Source: Pachysolen tannophilus NRRL Y-2460
Lineage: Eukaryota
Length of the DNA stretch: 64,000 bases
Assembly (NCBI GenBank): GCA_001661245.1
Contig: KV454016.1
Location: forward strand, 990,268-1,054,267
Reading direction: 5' to 3'
In this document: piece by piece, positions 1 through 12,405 of the stretch
How the letters are laid out: every line of letters starts with the position of its first letter
How positions within the stretch are numbered: position 1 is the stretch's first letter
Notes under the pieces: generated by a model
What the model saw: only the letters and a program-made list of their open reading frames with translations
Databases searched by the model: none
What the model was told of the DNA's origin: nothing
Translations under genes and position numbers: made by a program

Positions 1-58
1 GAGGCCCACGACCCCAATCCCATTACTAAATTCATTATCATTTACAAATTCTAATCAA

Positions 59-1452
59 ATGAGAAAGTGTAAAGTATTTGTTGGTAATTCTCATCCTGAA
101 TTGGGAAAATTGGTATGTGAGAGGTTAGGTATTGAACCTGCACCTTGTAGGTTGAAAAAATTTGCTAATGGGGAAACATCAGTTCAAATTGATGTTTCTG
201 TGAGAGATGAAGATGTTTATATTATTCAAAGTAGTTCACCAGATATTAATGATCATATTATGGAACTTTTAATACTTATTAGTGCTTGTAAAGGTGGATC
301 TGCTGCAAAAATTACAGCAGTAATTCCAATGTTTCCTTATTCTAAACAATCAAAAATGAAAAAACATAGAGGTGCTATAACTGCTAGAATGTTGGCAAAT
401 TTATTAATTATGGCAGGGGCCGATCACGTGGTTTCGATGGATTTACATGCTTCTCAAATGCAAGGTTTTTTCTCAAAACCTGTTGATAATTTATATGGAG
501 CACCAACTTTAGCAAAATGGTTGAAATTGAATTTACCAGATTATAAAAATGCAGTTGTTGTTTCTAAAAATCCAGGTGGAACAAAAAGAGTTACAGCTTT
601 AGCAGATTCATTAAAGATAAATTTTGCTATGATTCATACTGATCGTAGAAGAGCAAAAGATGGTTATAAAATGAAAAAAATAGATTAAAATCTAATCAAC
701 TGCAACAAAAAGTGGTGGTTGTAGATAATAAAGGAAGTTCAAAAACAGAAAATAGTGATGGTGAAGAAGAAGATGAAAATATTATTATAACAAATGAATT
801 ACAAACTGCTAGAATTGTTAGAGGTCATGTTGTTGAAGATGATGATATCACTTTTGCTCCTTCACTGACTACATCTACAACTTCTTTAATTACTCATGGA
901 ACTGATTCTGCATCAACATCAATTTCAGGAAATGGTATACATCCTTCAATACTGGGAAGAAAATTAAGTACAAATTTAAATGGTATTAGTTCAACAGATA
1001 TGTCAACTTTACATAATAGTAGCTCAAGTAATTTCCATGAATCAAATTCTGATGATGATGATGAACCAGATGTATTAGCTCAAGAAAAATTGATTACATT
1101 AGTTGGAGATGTTCAAAACAAACCAGCAATAATATTAGATGATATGGTTGATAAACCAACTTCTTTTATCTCTGCTGCAGAACATTTAAGATTAAACTGT
1201 GGTGCAAATGCAGTATATATCGTGGCTACTCATGGTGTATTTTCATCTGATTGTTTAGAGAGTTTGGAAAATTGTAAATTCATTGATAAAATTGTTGTTA
1301 CCAATACTTATCCTATTAGTAAAGAACAACGCGCAAAACTGAAAAAATTGGTTGTAATCGATGTTAGTCCAATTTTTGCAGAATGCATAAGAAGAGATCA
1401 TTTCGGAGAATCTATTAGTGTTTTGTTTAATTCATTAGCCGCCATTGAGTAA
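59..1452 (+). CDS. PRS1: Ribose-phosphate pyrophosphokinase subunit Prs1, with a -1 frame break at ~668-686 (probable homopolymer error)
   Basis: MRKCKVFVGNSHPELG, DLHASQMQGFF and KNPGGTKRV in ORF 59-688; LVGDV..AIILDDMVD and IRRDHFGESISVLF in ORF 712-1452. The second frame is open back to 670. Confidence 0.9.
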
Positions 1453-1945
1453 TTTTTAAATATTTACTTTTTGGAAAACGGAAACCGGCGGTGAATTGCA
1501 AGGCGTTTTTTTCTGTTTTTTTTTATTTTATTATTGTGGTTTTTCTTTTATTCTTGATTTTTCATTGTTTTGTTTTTGATTATTTTATTTGCTTTTCCTT
1601 CTGATCATATTTGCTTCAATTATTTTTCATTTTTTTTTTATTCATTTTTTTATTCACACTATTCATTCACCTTTGCCTTGCCTTTGCCTTTTATTCTGTT
1701 TTATATATATTTATATATATTTATTTAATCAACTTATCGGAAAGCGACAAGAAAAAGTCAATTAAAAGATGTCCACTCATATCTATTTATAAGAGAACTC
1801 AGGGAACTGATAAACATATATATATATATAATAACGTATATTCTTAATCGTTAACAGAAAAGCAAAAACCTTAAAAGTTCAATAAAAACAGGAAAACCAA
1901 AAAAAAAAAAAAAAAAAGTACAAAGCATAAACCTATAAACTTAAC

Positions 1946-4900
1946 TTAATCTTTAGCTTGAGCCAATGGACTTGAAATATTGACAGCAGTAAACTTCTTT
2001 GGCAAAGAAACTCTGTTGAACCTTGATTGCAATCTCTGTGTTACCAAATCCATATCAAGATGTCTTGTCAAACTAATTCTTCTTATACAACTGATGTAGT
2101 GTTTTTCATCCAATTGAACATCTAATGGATCCTGTGTATGACAACCAGGCGACAATCCTAATCTGATACTATGTTTTTTCTTACCACCTAACAGGTCATG
2201 CGACTCATAAAGCTCAAATACAATTTGAGACAAGTAGTCCAATTCAGGTAAGGCATTTCTAGAAATCTTCATTGGGATTTGAGACTCGTAGATAACATTA
2301 AGCAATGTATATATGTGTGATTCTTTTGTAAAATAAATGAATGTTGAAGGAGTATCAGTTTCTCTCATTGCAGAGATATCCTTCAATATTTGCTTTGCCA
2401 ATGGTAACGAAGTTAATAAACCGATATCTAATTTTTCATCGTCTTCAATACCGTACTCCTGTGGACATATAAAATCAAAAAGAACTTTGGACAATCTGTA
2501 TAATTCTCTTAATTTGGCAAATTTCATATCATCAAAAGGTGAGTTTGAAGAAGATCTAGGAGTTTTGTATCCGCTATCTAAAACCCATCCAATGGATCCA
2601 ACAGCTTTATGCGAGGAAGAAGATGATGTATGACCTGTTAAAGGTGCTGCTTGGGTTAACAGTTGATCAGAAGAAGAACCAGGAGGGATGTTAGGCAGAG
2701 GTGAAGTACCTAAAGGTGTAACTGATACTTGATGTTGATGCTGCGGTGGAGGTGATTTGTTTCCTAAAAGATCAAGTGGTGATGGTTTCGAAGGTGAAGA
2801 AGATGTGCTTGCATCTAAAATATTTTCATTTGGAATCTTGAAGTTATTCAGGGCTAAGACGTTAACAGGGTATTCTTTAACTAATCCTTCGTTCATGTTT
2901 TTGATCAATTCAATGTAATCTTTGTTTTCAGAAGTAGCAAAATCTGTAGGATCAAATATCCTTTGTAAAAAGTTCCTATTATGAAGAGCATCATACTTCA
3001 TTGCATCGTACAACTCAGAAATTTTAGAAGGATGAACTTTTTCAACATTTTCAAATTCCCTAAATAATTTATCCCATCTTTCTTTAAATAACATCGGGGT
3101 ATCTCCGCAGCACCATCTTTTTTGAAATTCTGAAATATAACTACTGTCGTGGTTAAAGTTAAATTCCATTAACTTACGATGATAGGTCATCAATTCCACA
3201 ACTCTTTTCATCACTAAATAAGGTTCAGGCATCTTTGCGGGCCATGCAAATTGTGATGGAGCCTCCTTCCCCTGTCTGATTAATGGTTTCAATTTCTTTT
3301 TAACTTTGTCCATTAAGTCTTTAGCTGCATTACTATCATCTAACAAATCTTTTCTTACTTGTAAGAAATCTGGAGGTAATTCTTCAACATCTAAAAATGC
3401 AGAAGAAAACAATTGAGCTGAAGCAACGACTCTTCTTTCAGATGAAGTGAAAACTTTAACAGATTTCAAAGCCTCTTTGTTCAATAATTGGATATCTTGT
3501 CTCAATTGCTCACCTACATCTAATGCCTGATATCTAGCTGAGTGTGTTGGTTCACCTCCCCATTTAATAATTAACTGAACTTTTTCAACTTCATTTTCTG
3601 AAGTCAAAGCTGGTTTTAATTGAACTTTTGTTCCCGGAAAATTCATTTTCTTTTCCAAAGCAGTTGCCAATTGCTCTAATTTAAATTTATCTTCCAGTTT
3701 TTGTTCTTGGGCAATCTGAACTGTTTGTAAAACAATCTTTAAGTCTTCAACTGCTCTAATAATTACTTCTTCTTTATGACCTTTTAAAAGAGAAATAAAT
3801 AAAGGTGATCTAAAAGAGTATTTGAATTTTTCTTTAGGAGTTCTATCAGCATGTCTAATAACGTTAACCAAACCTTTGAAAACCCATTTTTGATCTTTCT
3901 CTTCATTAATTTTAGGTAATAAGGAAGGTGGTAATTTTGATTTAAATTGATCTCTCAGAACTTTTGCTTCAAAAAACATATTTCTCAATATTCTAGCACA
4001 ATTATCGTAATAAGTATTATTATCTTTAACAAAGGAAAATCCATTTACATCAATAACATAACTTCTACCTTCAACTCTCAATAAATCAAAGCCACAAATT
4101 GTTTGTTCAAAAGCTTTTGAAACTTTTTGTGCCATTTGAGTTTCCTCTGCAGATAATTCAGTAATGTAACGTACTTCTTTACCATGTGTATTTCTTCTAA
4201 CGATTCCATCAACAACAGGGGATTTTCTAGTTTCTGCATGACAATAACTCTGACCAACGGTATAAGCTTTAACATCTTCAAAATTGTCTGTATTCATGAA
4301 TTTTTCATAAAGATATGAACCTTGAGTTCTTGGGAAACTTAAATTTTCATCGAATTCAGAAGATTTATTACCAATTTTTCTAAATAATCTTCTACCACCT
4401 CCACCATTCTCTTGTGCATAATATATATAAACATTATGATCTTCACCATCTACTGGTTTTTCGACAAAAGGTTTTTTCAAGATTTTACCATCAACCATCA
4501 ATGTATCATCATCTATCATTTTCCATTGAGGTTCTTTAACTGGAGAACAATCAATTCCCTTTTTAATCAATTTTTCTTTCAAATCCACATCAATAAAAGG
4601 TCCACCATCTCTTGATATGATTAATCTTTCAGGAGTAGGAACTTTTGCTTTATCTAAAATATCCAATACTAATCTTCTATCCCAAAGAGCCTTTTGCATA
4701 ATTATATCATTGATAAGATAAGGTTTCCTCAATTTAACATATCTAATGGCTTTATCTAATGGGAACCCACTACTGAAAAAACTAATTAAAAAATCACAAG
4801 TCGGCCAATTTTCAACAGCTTCATCTAAAATGACTTTATCTCCAAATATAACTGTTTCAAATTCTCCATTTTCAATCAATCTGTTTAATATGTGCCTACA

Positions 4901-5389
4901 TGGTTTACTCAACACTTTTGCATCCATTGCACAAACACCAATCTTACCAATTCTAGGTAATTTAGGACCTATTGCTTCACCAATTGAAAAACTTCTCAAT
5001 TTATTGGAACCATTATTATTATTATTATTATTATTACTATTGTTATTGTTATTGTTATTGTTATTACCATTCAGCCCACCATCCTTACTAGTTAGCAAAT
5101 TTCCCGATGACGAGCCTCCTGGACCTCCTCCTAGTAATGAATTATTAGACGAAGTATTACTTATCGTCGGCTGCAATGCAGAAAAACTTGGTAAATCAAC
5201 AGTAGAATTTGATTGAATTAATGGAGAAGCAGTTGCAATTGACTCTGTCTTTGAAGTCTTTGGAGTAAAACCTTCTAATATGGGCGCTATCGATTCCATG
5301 GCCTTCTTGTGTTCCTGAAGTGAGTTAATTGTTAAAGGAGGAATTTCCTCCTCCTTCTTTATACCATCTTCATTCTCTTGATCAGCCAT
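1946..5389 (-). CDS. VIP1: Inositol hexakisphosphate/diphosphoinositol-pentakisphosphate kinase
   Basis: ATP-grasp kinase ([26 protein letters not shown]) plus histidine-phosphatase-like domain (RHADRTPK); poly-Asn tract. Confidence 0.95.
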   Translation of the reverse strand: MADQENEDGIKKEEEIPPLTINSLQEHKKAMESIAPILEGFTPKTSKTESIATASPLIQSNSTVDLPSFSALQPTISNTSSNNSLLGGGPGGSSSGNLLTSKDGGLNGNNNNNNNNNSNNNNNNNNGSNKLRSFSIGEAIGPKLPRIGKIGVCAMDAKVLSKPCRHILNRLIENGEFETVIFGDKVILDEAVENWPTCDFLISFFSSGFPLDKAIRYVKLRKPYLINDIIMQKALWDRRLVLDILDKAKVPTPERLIISRDGGPFIDVDLKEKLIKKGIDCSPVKEPQWKMIDDDTLMVDGKILKKPFVEKPVDGEDHNVYIYYAQENGGGGRRLFRKIGNKSSEFDENLSFPRTQGSYLYEKFMNTDNFEDVKAYTVGQSYCHAETRKSPVVDGIVRRNTHGKEVRYITELSAEETQMAQKVSKAFEQTICGFDLLRVEGRSYVIDVNGFSFVKDNNTYYDNCARILRNMFFEAKVLRDQFKSKLPPSLLPKINEEKDQKWVFKGLVNVIRHADRTPKEKFKYSFRSPLFISLLKGHKEEVIIRAVEDLKIVLQTVQIAQEQKLEDKFKLEQLATALEKKMNFPGTKVQLKPALTSENEVEKVQLIIKWGGEPTHSARYQALDVGEQLRQDIQLLNKEALKSVKVFTSSERRVVASAQLFSSAFLDVEELPPDFLQVRKDLLDDSNAAKDLMDKVKKKLKPLIRQGKEAPSQFAWPAKMPEPYLVMKRVVELMTYHRKLMEFNFNHDSSYISEFQKRWCCGDTPMLFKERWDKLFREFENVEKVHPSKISELYDAMKYDALHNRNFLQRIFDPTDFATSENKDYIELIKNMNEGLVKEYPVNVLALNNFKIPNENILDASTSSSPSKPSPLDLLGNKSPPPQHQHQVSVTPLGTSPLPNIPPGSSSDQLLTQAAPLTGHTSSSSSHKAVGSIGWVLDSGYKTPRSSSNSPFDDMKFAKLRELYRLSKVLFDFICPQEYGIEDDEKLDIGLLTSLPLAKQILKDISAMRETDTPSTFIYFTKESHIYTLLNVIYESQIPMKISRNALPELDYLSQIVFELYESHDLLGGKKKHSIRLGLSPGCHTQDPLDVQLDEKHYISCIRRISLTRHLDMDLVTQRLQSRFNRVSLPKKFTAVNISSPLAQAKD

Positions 5390-5783
5390 CTTCCTCTATT
5401 TATATAAAGAACTTCATATAATTGATAATTAAAATTTACCCACAGGTTAAAAATTTAAAATTAAATATATACATACACATTTGCAAAGAAACAGAGTAAG
5501 AAATAGCCTTTTACCGGATTTGGACTAATTTGCTTTTTCAAAACACGACTGTTGTTTCAGAAAAATAAAGTAGTTCAAGATTAACTCAATTAATTATTTT
5601 GGGAAATTTTTTTTTTTTTTTACAAAATTCTCTACTACCGAAAATGGAAATTACTTTATTTTATTAATTGAGCTGCCACCACACTACTATTTTAAGAAAA
5701 AAATAAAAATTGCAATTTGATATTTAACGAACGACTGTTTTTAATTTTTTTTAATTTTTTTAATTTTTTCTTTTCTTTCGTAC

Positions 5784-5802
5784 CTCATCCTGAAAAATTT
5801 TT
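5784..5802. promoter_or_regulatory. PAC-like core (CTCATC) next to an RRPE element (TGAAAAATTTT) upstream of UTP21
   Basis: Sequence ctcatcctgaaaaattttt ~100 bp before a ribosome-biogenesis gene. Confidence 0.7.
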
Positions 5803-5898
5803 TACTGTATTTTAATTTATTTTTTAGTGTCTAATAATATATATAAGTAAATTTAATTTTTGTTAAATTTAATTCCAATTTAAAGAAATTTAAGAACC

Positions 5899-8796
5899 AT
5901 GCCTGCAATAGTGGATGGTATTAAAAAGAGAAAGTTGGATAATGGATCTGGGTCTCTGGTAAAGGGGAAACGTGCTTCCAAGATTTTTTCTCCCTTTAGA
6001 GCAATTGGTGCTGTTACTAATGAGATTCCATTTGCTGTTGGTTCTTTAGGTAATTCATTTTATATTGTTACTAGTGTTGGTAGTTCTTTCCAAATTTATG
6101 ATGCTAATACGTTAAATTTGTTATTTGTATCCAAGAAACAGACTCCTGGGAAGATCAACTATATAACGGCGCATTTCCATTATGTTTATTGTTGTTGGGA
6201 TAATTGTGTTGGAATTTATAAAAGAGGTAATTTGGAACATTTAATTAATGTTGATACAAATGAAAAATTGATTAAATTATTAATATTTGGAGATTATTTG
6301 ATTTGTTCAACAAAAAATGAAGTTTTCATTTATAAAAAAAATTTAGATTCTGATAAAAAATTTTTTGTTACTGAATTTTATTCATCTTTTAAGATTGCAT
6401 TTGATGAAATCATTGATATTGTACATCCACCAACTTATTTAAATAAAATAGTAATTGCTACACAAACAAATTTAATCATATATAATGTGAAAACAGTTAA
6501 ATTGATTTTCACTTCAGAGATCTTTCTGAATAGTTTAACAACATTAGAAGTTGCACCTGTATTAGATATTGTTGCTATTGGATTTAATAATGGTGAAATT
6601 TTTTTTTATAATTTGAGAAAGGGGAAAATTTTTAAAAAAATTTCAACAGGAATAAATAGTTCAAAGATTACTTCGTTATCTTTTAGAACTGATGGATCAC
6701 AGCATCTTGTGGCTTCATTTTCAAATGGAGATTTATTTTTCTACGATTTGGATAATAAATCAAGATTACACTTGTTAAGAAATGCACATAAAGAAATATA
6801 TGGAGGGGTTTCAAAAGTGGCTTTTTTAAATAATCAACCAGTTTTAATAACAAATGGAGGTGATAATCATTTAAAGGAGTATTGTTTTGATCCTTCATTA
6901 TCGTCTTCAAACTCTTCAATAGTTTCTCCTCCAAGACATTTAAGATCAAGGGGTGGTCATTCTGCACCAATTTCAACATTAATTTTTGATGATGATGAAA
7001 AATCTCATTTTATATTTTCTGCATCTAAAGATCGTTCTTTTTGGAAATTTTCATTAAGAAAAGATGCACAATCTCAAGAACTTTCACAACGTCTGCAAAA
7101 ACAGAAAAATCTTGATAATTCTACTAATGATAAACGTATTGCAGGTCAAACTCTTAAAGAAAAATTTCCAGAAATTATTTGTATGGCCGAATCAAAATCA
7201 AGAGAAGGTGATTGGGAAAATGTTATCACTGGTCATAAAGATGAACTGTTTGCTAGAACTTGGGATTCAAGGAATAATAGAGTTGGTAGATGGCAACTTA
7301 AAACTATTGATAATGGCAATGTTAAAAGCTGTTGTATATCACATTGTGGTAATTTTGGACTTGTTGGGTCATCAAATGGTGGGATAGGAGTTTACAATTT
7401 ACAAAGTGGATTATTACGTAGAGAATATAAATTACACAAAAGACCAGTAACAGGAATTGCCATTGATGGAATGAATAGGAAAATGGTTAGTTGTGCGTTG
7501 GATGGAATTGTTGGATTTTATGATTTCACAAATTCAAAGTTTTTGGGAAAATTACAACTTTCATCATCTATAACGCAAATGGTTTATCATAAATCATCAG
7601 ACCTTGTTGCATTAGCATTGGATGATTTATCGATTGTTGTAGTTGATGTAATAACACAGAAACCAATTAGAGTATTTGTTGGACATACTAATAGAATCAC
7701 TTCGTTTGGTTTTTCAAATGATGGACGTTGGCTATTTAGTGCTTCATTGGATTCTACAGTAAGGACTTGGGATTTACCAACTGGTGGATGTATTGATGGG
7801 TTCAAAGTTCCAAGCGTTGTTACAAATTTGAAAATGTCTCCTAATGGGGAATATTTGGCCACTAGTCATGTTAATAGTAATGGAATTAATTTATGGACAA
7901 ATAGATCTCAATTCAAAGCAGTTTCACTTAGACATATTGATGATGATACTTTGTTTCAACAGATTGCATTACCGAATGCTTCTGGTGATGGTGGATCATC
8001 GATCTTGGATGGTGCATTTGATGACAATGAAGAAGGGGAGAATAAAGATGGTGATCATATCAACCAATATGAGACTTTAGATCAGATTAATTCAGAATTA
8101 GTCACTTTATCATTAGAGCCTAGGTCCAAGTTCAATACTCTTTTGCATATAGATACTATTAGAAAAAGAAACAAACCAAAGGAACTGCCAAAGAAGCCAG
8201 AAAACGCTCCATTTTTCTTATCGTTGGGTGGGGATGCTGTTGGAGATAGGGCTTCCATTGCTGAAAAGAATGGACAAGGAAATGATGATTCTGTTGATAT
8301 TGAAGATAAATTTGAATCTTCAAGATTAGCTGCGTTAAGACCTAATGATGCCAAGATTTCGTTTGAAAGTGAGTTTACACAGGAATTAAGGTTAGCCTCT
8401 AAAAATAACAATTATGATGTTTTTTTACAAAAATTGGTTAACTTTCCACCAGCAATAATAGATTTAGAAATCAAATCTTTAGATTCTTTGGCTCCATACA
8501 AAGAATTAATTTCATTTGTACAAGCATTGACGGTAGCGTTGAAATCAAATAAGAACTACGAATTGGTTCAGGTATTGATGAGTATTTTTTTGAAAAATCA
8601 TGGAGATGTGATTTACAATTTAAAAACTAATAATAATAATAACTCCGACCAAGAGGCAATTACAACAAATACACCAAGTACAATTCTTTTAAAATCTTTA
8701 GAAGAATGGGAAACTTTAAACAACGAGAATAACGGTAAGATCGAAGATCTAGTCAAGTACTGTTCTGGTGTTGTAAATTTCTTCAGTGTTAATTAA
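5899..8796 (+). CDS. UTP21: U3 snoRNP WD40 protein Utp21
   Basis: SKIFSPFRAIG start, WD repeats, RSRGGHSAP, C-terminal Utp21 domain KPKE(A)PKKPENAPFFL. Confidence 0.95.
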   Translation: MPAIVDGIKKRKLDNGSGSLVKGKRASKIFSPFRAIGAVTNEIPFAVGSLGNSFYIVTSVGSSFQIYDANTLNLLFVSKKQTPGKINYITAHFHYVYCCWDNCVGIYKRGNLEHLINVDTNEKLIKLLIFGDYLICSTKNEVFIYKKNLDSDKKFFVTEFYSSFKIAFDEIIDIVHPPTYLNKIVIATQTNLIIYNVKTVKLIFTSEIFLNSLTTLEVAPVLDIVAIGFNNGEIFFYNLRKGKIFKKISTGINSSKITSLSFRTDGSQHLVASFSNGDLFFYDLDNKSRLHLLRNAHKEIYGGVSKVAFLNNQPVLITNGGDNHLKEYCFDPSLSSSNSSIVSPPRHLRSRGGHSAPISTLIFDDDEKSHFIFSASKDRSFWKFSLRKDAQSQELSQRLQKQKNLDNSTNDKRIAGQTLKEKFPEIICMAESKSREGDWENVITGHKDELFARTWDSRNNRVGRWQLKTIDNGNVKSCCISHCGNFGLVGSSNGGIGVYNLQSGLLRREYKLHKRPVTGIAIDGMNRKMVSCALDGIVGFYDFTNSKFLGKLQLSSSITQMVYHKSSDLVALALDDLSIVVVDVITQKPIRVFVGHTNRITSFGFSNDGRWLFSASLDSTVRTWDLPTGGCIDGFKVPSVVTNLKMSPNGEYLATSHVNSNGINLWTNRSQFKAVSLRHIDDDTLFQQIALPNASGDGGSSILDGAFDDNEEGENKDGDHINQYETLDQINSELVTLSLEPRSKFNTLLHIDTIRKRNKPKELPKKPENAPFFLSLGGDAVGDRASIAEKNGQGNDDSVDIEDKFESSRLAALRPNDAKISFESEFTQELRLASKNNNYDVFLQKLVNFPPAIIDLEIKSLDSLAPYKELISFVQALTVALKSNKNYELVQVLMSIFLKNHGDVIYNLKTNNNNNSDQEAITTNTPSTILLKSLEEWETLNNENNGKIEDLVKYCSGVVNFFSVN

Positions 8797-8931
8797 CTTT
8801 ATATGTATATGTAAATAATAATATAGACGAACGATTATCCGCTATTAACCGGGGGCCCCCTAGTGCCTGTAGCCCAATACCTAGTATTTATTACCTATTT
8901 TCCGTTGCCCGTTGTCCGGTGGCGGTGAGAA

Positions 8932-8965
8932 GCGGTGAGCGGCGGCGGCCGCTGCCGCTCACCGC
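8932..8965. repeat. 34-bp GC-rich near-perfect palindrome followed by T7
   Basis: gcggtgagcggcggcgg / ccgctgccgctcaccgc: 17-bp arms, one mismatch, no spacer. Confidence 0.9.
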
Positions 8966-10126
8966 ATTTTTTTGTCGCCGCTCTCTTCTTACAAACAATC
9001 AAAACTTAGTAAACTGACGATATTCGATACAATGGCGATGCATCTTCCTATTGTGTTCATTTGTAACCATCAGATCGTTTTCTTTCCCACACCATGTGGA
9101 CAGAGCCTACAGAAAAAATCGTACTTTTTGGTGTTCTGACACAAAAAAACATCCAAGCATACATACAGATTAACTATGAGTATGAGTGACTAAAAAAAGC
9201 TCAGGTGGTTAGTTATAGATGCGCGATGGTGTCATGTGGTTCCCATCTTACCATTTCGCGAATTTTTTGTTTTCCCTCAACACACGTTAGTTCGATTTTA
9301 TTCAGCTTTATTTTCGCGTAGCGCTAGATCCCAAAAATGGACGTCCGAAAGTTTACACCCAAAAAAAAAAACAATTTTCTCATACATTTGCTTTTTCCCC
9401 CCAAAAACTCCTACTTATAAGCTCCTGTCTATATACGCTAATGTGTCATAATAACAATGATAAGAATTTGCAATTGGCAATTTTATTCATTATTCATTAA
9501 ATAATATGGGCTTATCCTTTTTAAAGTCAATTGTAAAAACTTTGTATTAAAACCAATTCGGTTGAAATGGCAAGCCTAGTTTCCATGAAAGCGAGAAAGT
9601 TTACAAAAATTGGTACCCGGAGCTAATGGATATTGAAAAAAATACCTACCTATTTACTTACTTACACAGTATTAGATATTTTAGCTCTATATTTTGGTTA
9701 CACTAGCTACAACTTACACTAGAATTAATCTATATCATCCAATCCATAAGAGCCTTTTCCGTTTAGTCGCGAATTTCTCTTTTTTAAGAATCAACTGGTG
9801 GTGCAGAAAAAGAAAACCGGTGTGAAAAGAGTAAAAAAAATTACTTGCAGCAAGCAAAATGCGGTGGTGATCAAAAATTTTTTCCACTTCTATTAGAAAT
9901 TGAAGAAATTGATAGAAAACTCAAGGATATATAAATTCAATTTGAATTCCCCCTCTTATTACTACAAAGTATTTTTATAATTTTTTTTTTTTTTTTATTA
10001 TTATTATATAAATATATTTATAATTAATATAATAAGTTTAATTGAATTCAATTGGTTTTATTAAAGTCAATTAAGTTTAATTTTTTAATTTTTTCAATTT
10101 TTCAATTTTTCAATTTTCAAATTTGA

Positions 10127-11134
<1,008 letters not shown>

Positions 11135-11874
11135 GCTTAATTAATATATAAGTTATTTTTATTCTTTTTAACGACCTAACACGAACTTAGCGTTTTCTTT
11201 TCTATTTTTTTTTTTTTATTCCTTAATCTTTTGATTATTTTGGTTATGTTATTTTAATTTTCAATTATATAGATTAAAGATATATATTACATTACATTAT
11301 TACATTACGAGTTTAACTTTTAGATGATATAGATTAAAAGTTAATTATTTATTACATTAATTAGACCAATTGTGAACGGTGGCCGTTGGCCGTTGGCCGC
11401 TCCGGTACTTACTCCGGAACCCACTGCCTTATTATTACTTGCGGCGGCTGAGGTGGTGGCGTCGGCGGGCGCAACTGAAAAATTTCTCTTCCGCCTTTTT
11501 TTTTTCCTATATCTCTATTTCCGTCTCCGTCTCCGTCTCCATCTCAGAGACTTGAGAAGTTTATTTTTTTCCCCTCAGTTCCCTCACTTTGCAGCGGTCT
11601 TAATTGAGAAATCAACTGGAATGGCAGCACATGTCAACTGCACGGTTTAATATTACCGAATCCGGTAATAGATGGTTCCATCTGTTGCACGTAGTACTTT
11701 ATCAGTGTAGTATTGTAATAATGTAAATATATATATATATAAATATATATGCTTTTAAAAAGATTTAATTTTAATTGATTTAATTATTAATTCAAGTTCA
11801 ATTATATTTTAGGTCATATTGACATTCTTATAAAACATTTCTTTTTAACTAGGGCCTACTTTTTTTTTTTTTTT

Positions 11875-11912
<38 letters not shown>

Positions 11913-11922
11913 TTTTTTTTTT

Positions 11923-12320
11923 NNNNNNNNNNNNNNNNNNNNNNNNNNNNNNNNNNNNNNNNNNNNNNNNNNNNNNNNNNNNNNNNNNNNNNNNNNNNNN
12001 NNNNNNNNNNNNNNNNNNNNNNNNNNNNNNNNNNNNNNNNNNNNNNNNNNNNNNNNNNNNNNNNNNNNNNNNNNNNNNNNNNNNNNNNNNNNNNNNNNNN
12101 NNNNNNNNNNNNNNNNNNNNNNNNNNNNNNNNNNNNNNNNNNNNNNNNNNNNNNNNNNNNNNNNNNNNNNNNNNNNNNNNNNNNNNNNNNNNNNNNNNNN
12201 NNNNNNNNNNNNNNNNNNNNNNNNNNNNNNNNNNNNNNNNNNNNNNNNNNNNNNNNNNNNNNNNNNNNNNNNNNNNNNNNNNNNNNNNNNNNNNNNNNNN
12301 NNNNNNNNNNNNNNNNNNNN
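11923..12320. other. Assembly gap flanked by poly-T
   Basis: N run. Confidence 1.
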
Positions 12321-12405
12321 TCATAGATTATTTATTATTATAAAAACAAAAAAAAAAAAAAAAAATTGGGATTTAAATATTGCGTTTTTCTTTTACCGCT
12401 TTAGA

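Noticed and set aside
4746..5216. Antisense ORFs with poly-Leu (also 21339-21632, 56391-56729)
   Set aside because: Shadow frames of AAT repeats that encode poly-Asn on the coding strand.
11372..11650. 92-aa GTG-initiated ORF across the GC island
   Set aside because: No ATG, low-complexity sequence; better explained as regulatory DNA.
11701..11720. ATCAGTGTAGTAT resembling the U2 snRNA branch-recognition sequence
   Set aside because: Flanks do not match U2 (no TCTGTTCT continuation, no 5' stem I).
11845..12324. ORFs spanning N gaps (also 41875-42237)
   Set aside because: Artefacts of ambiguous bases.
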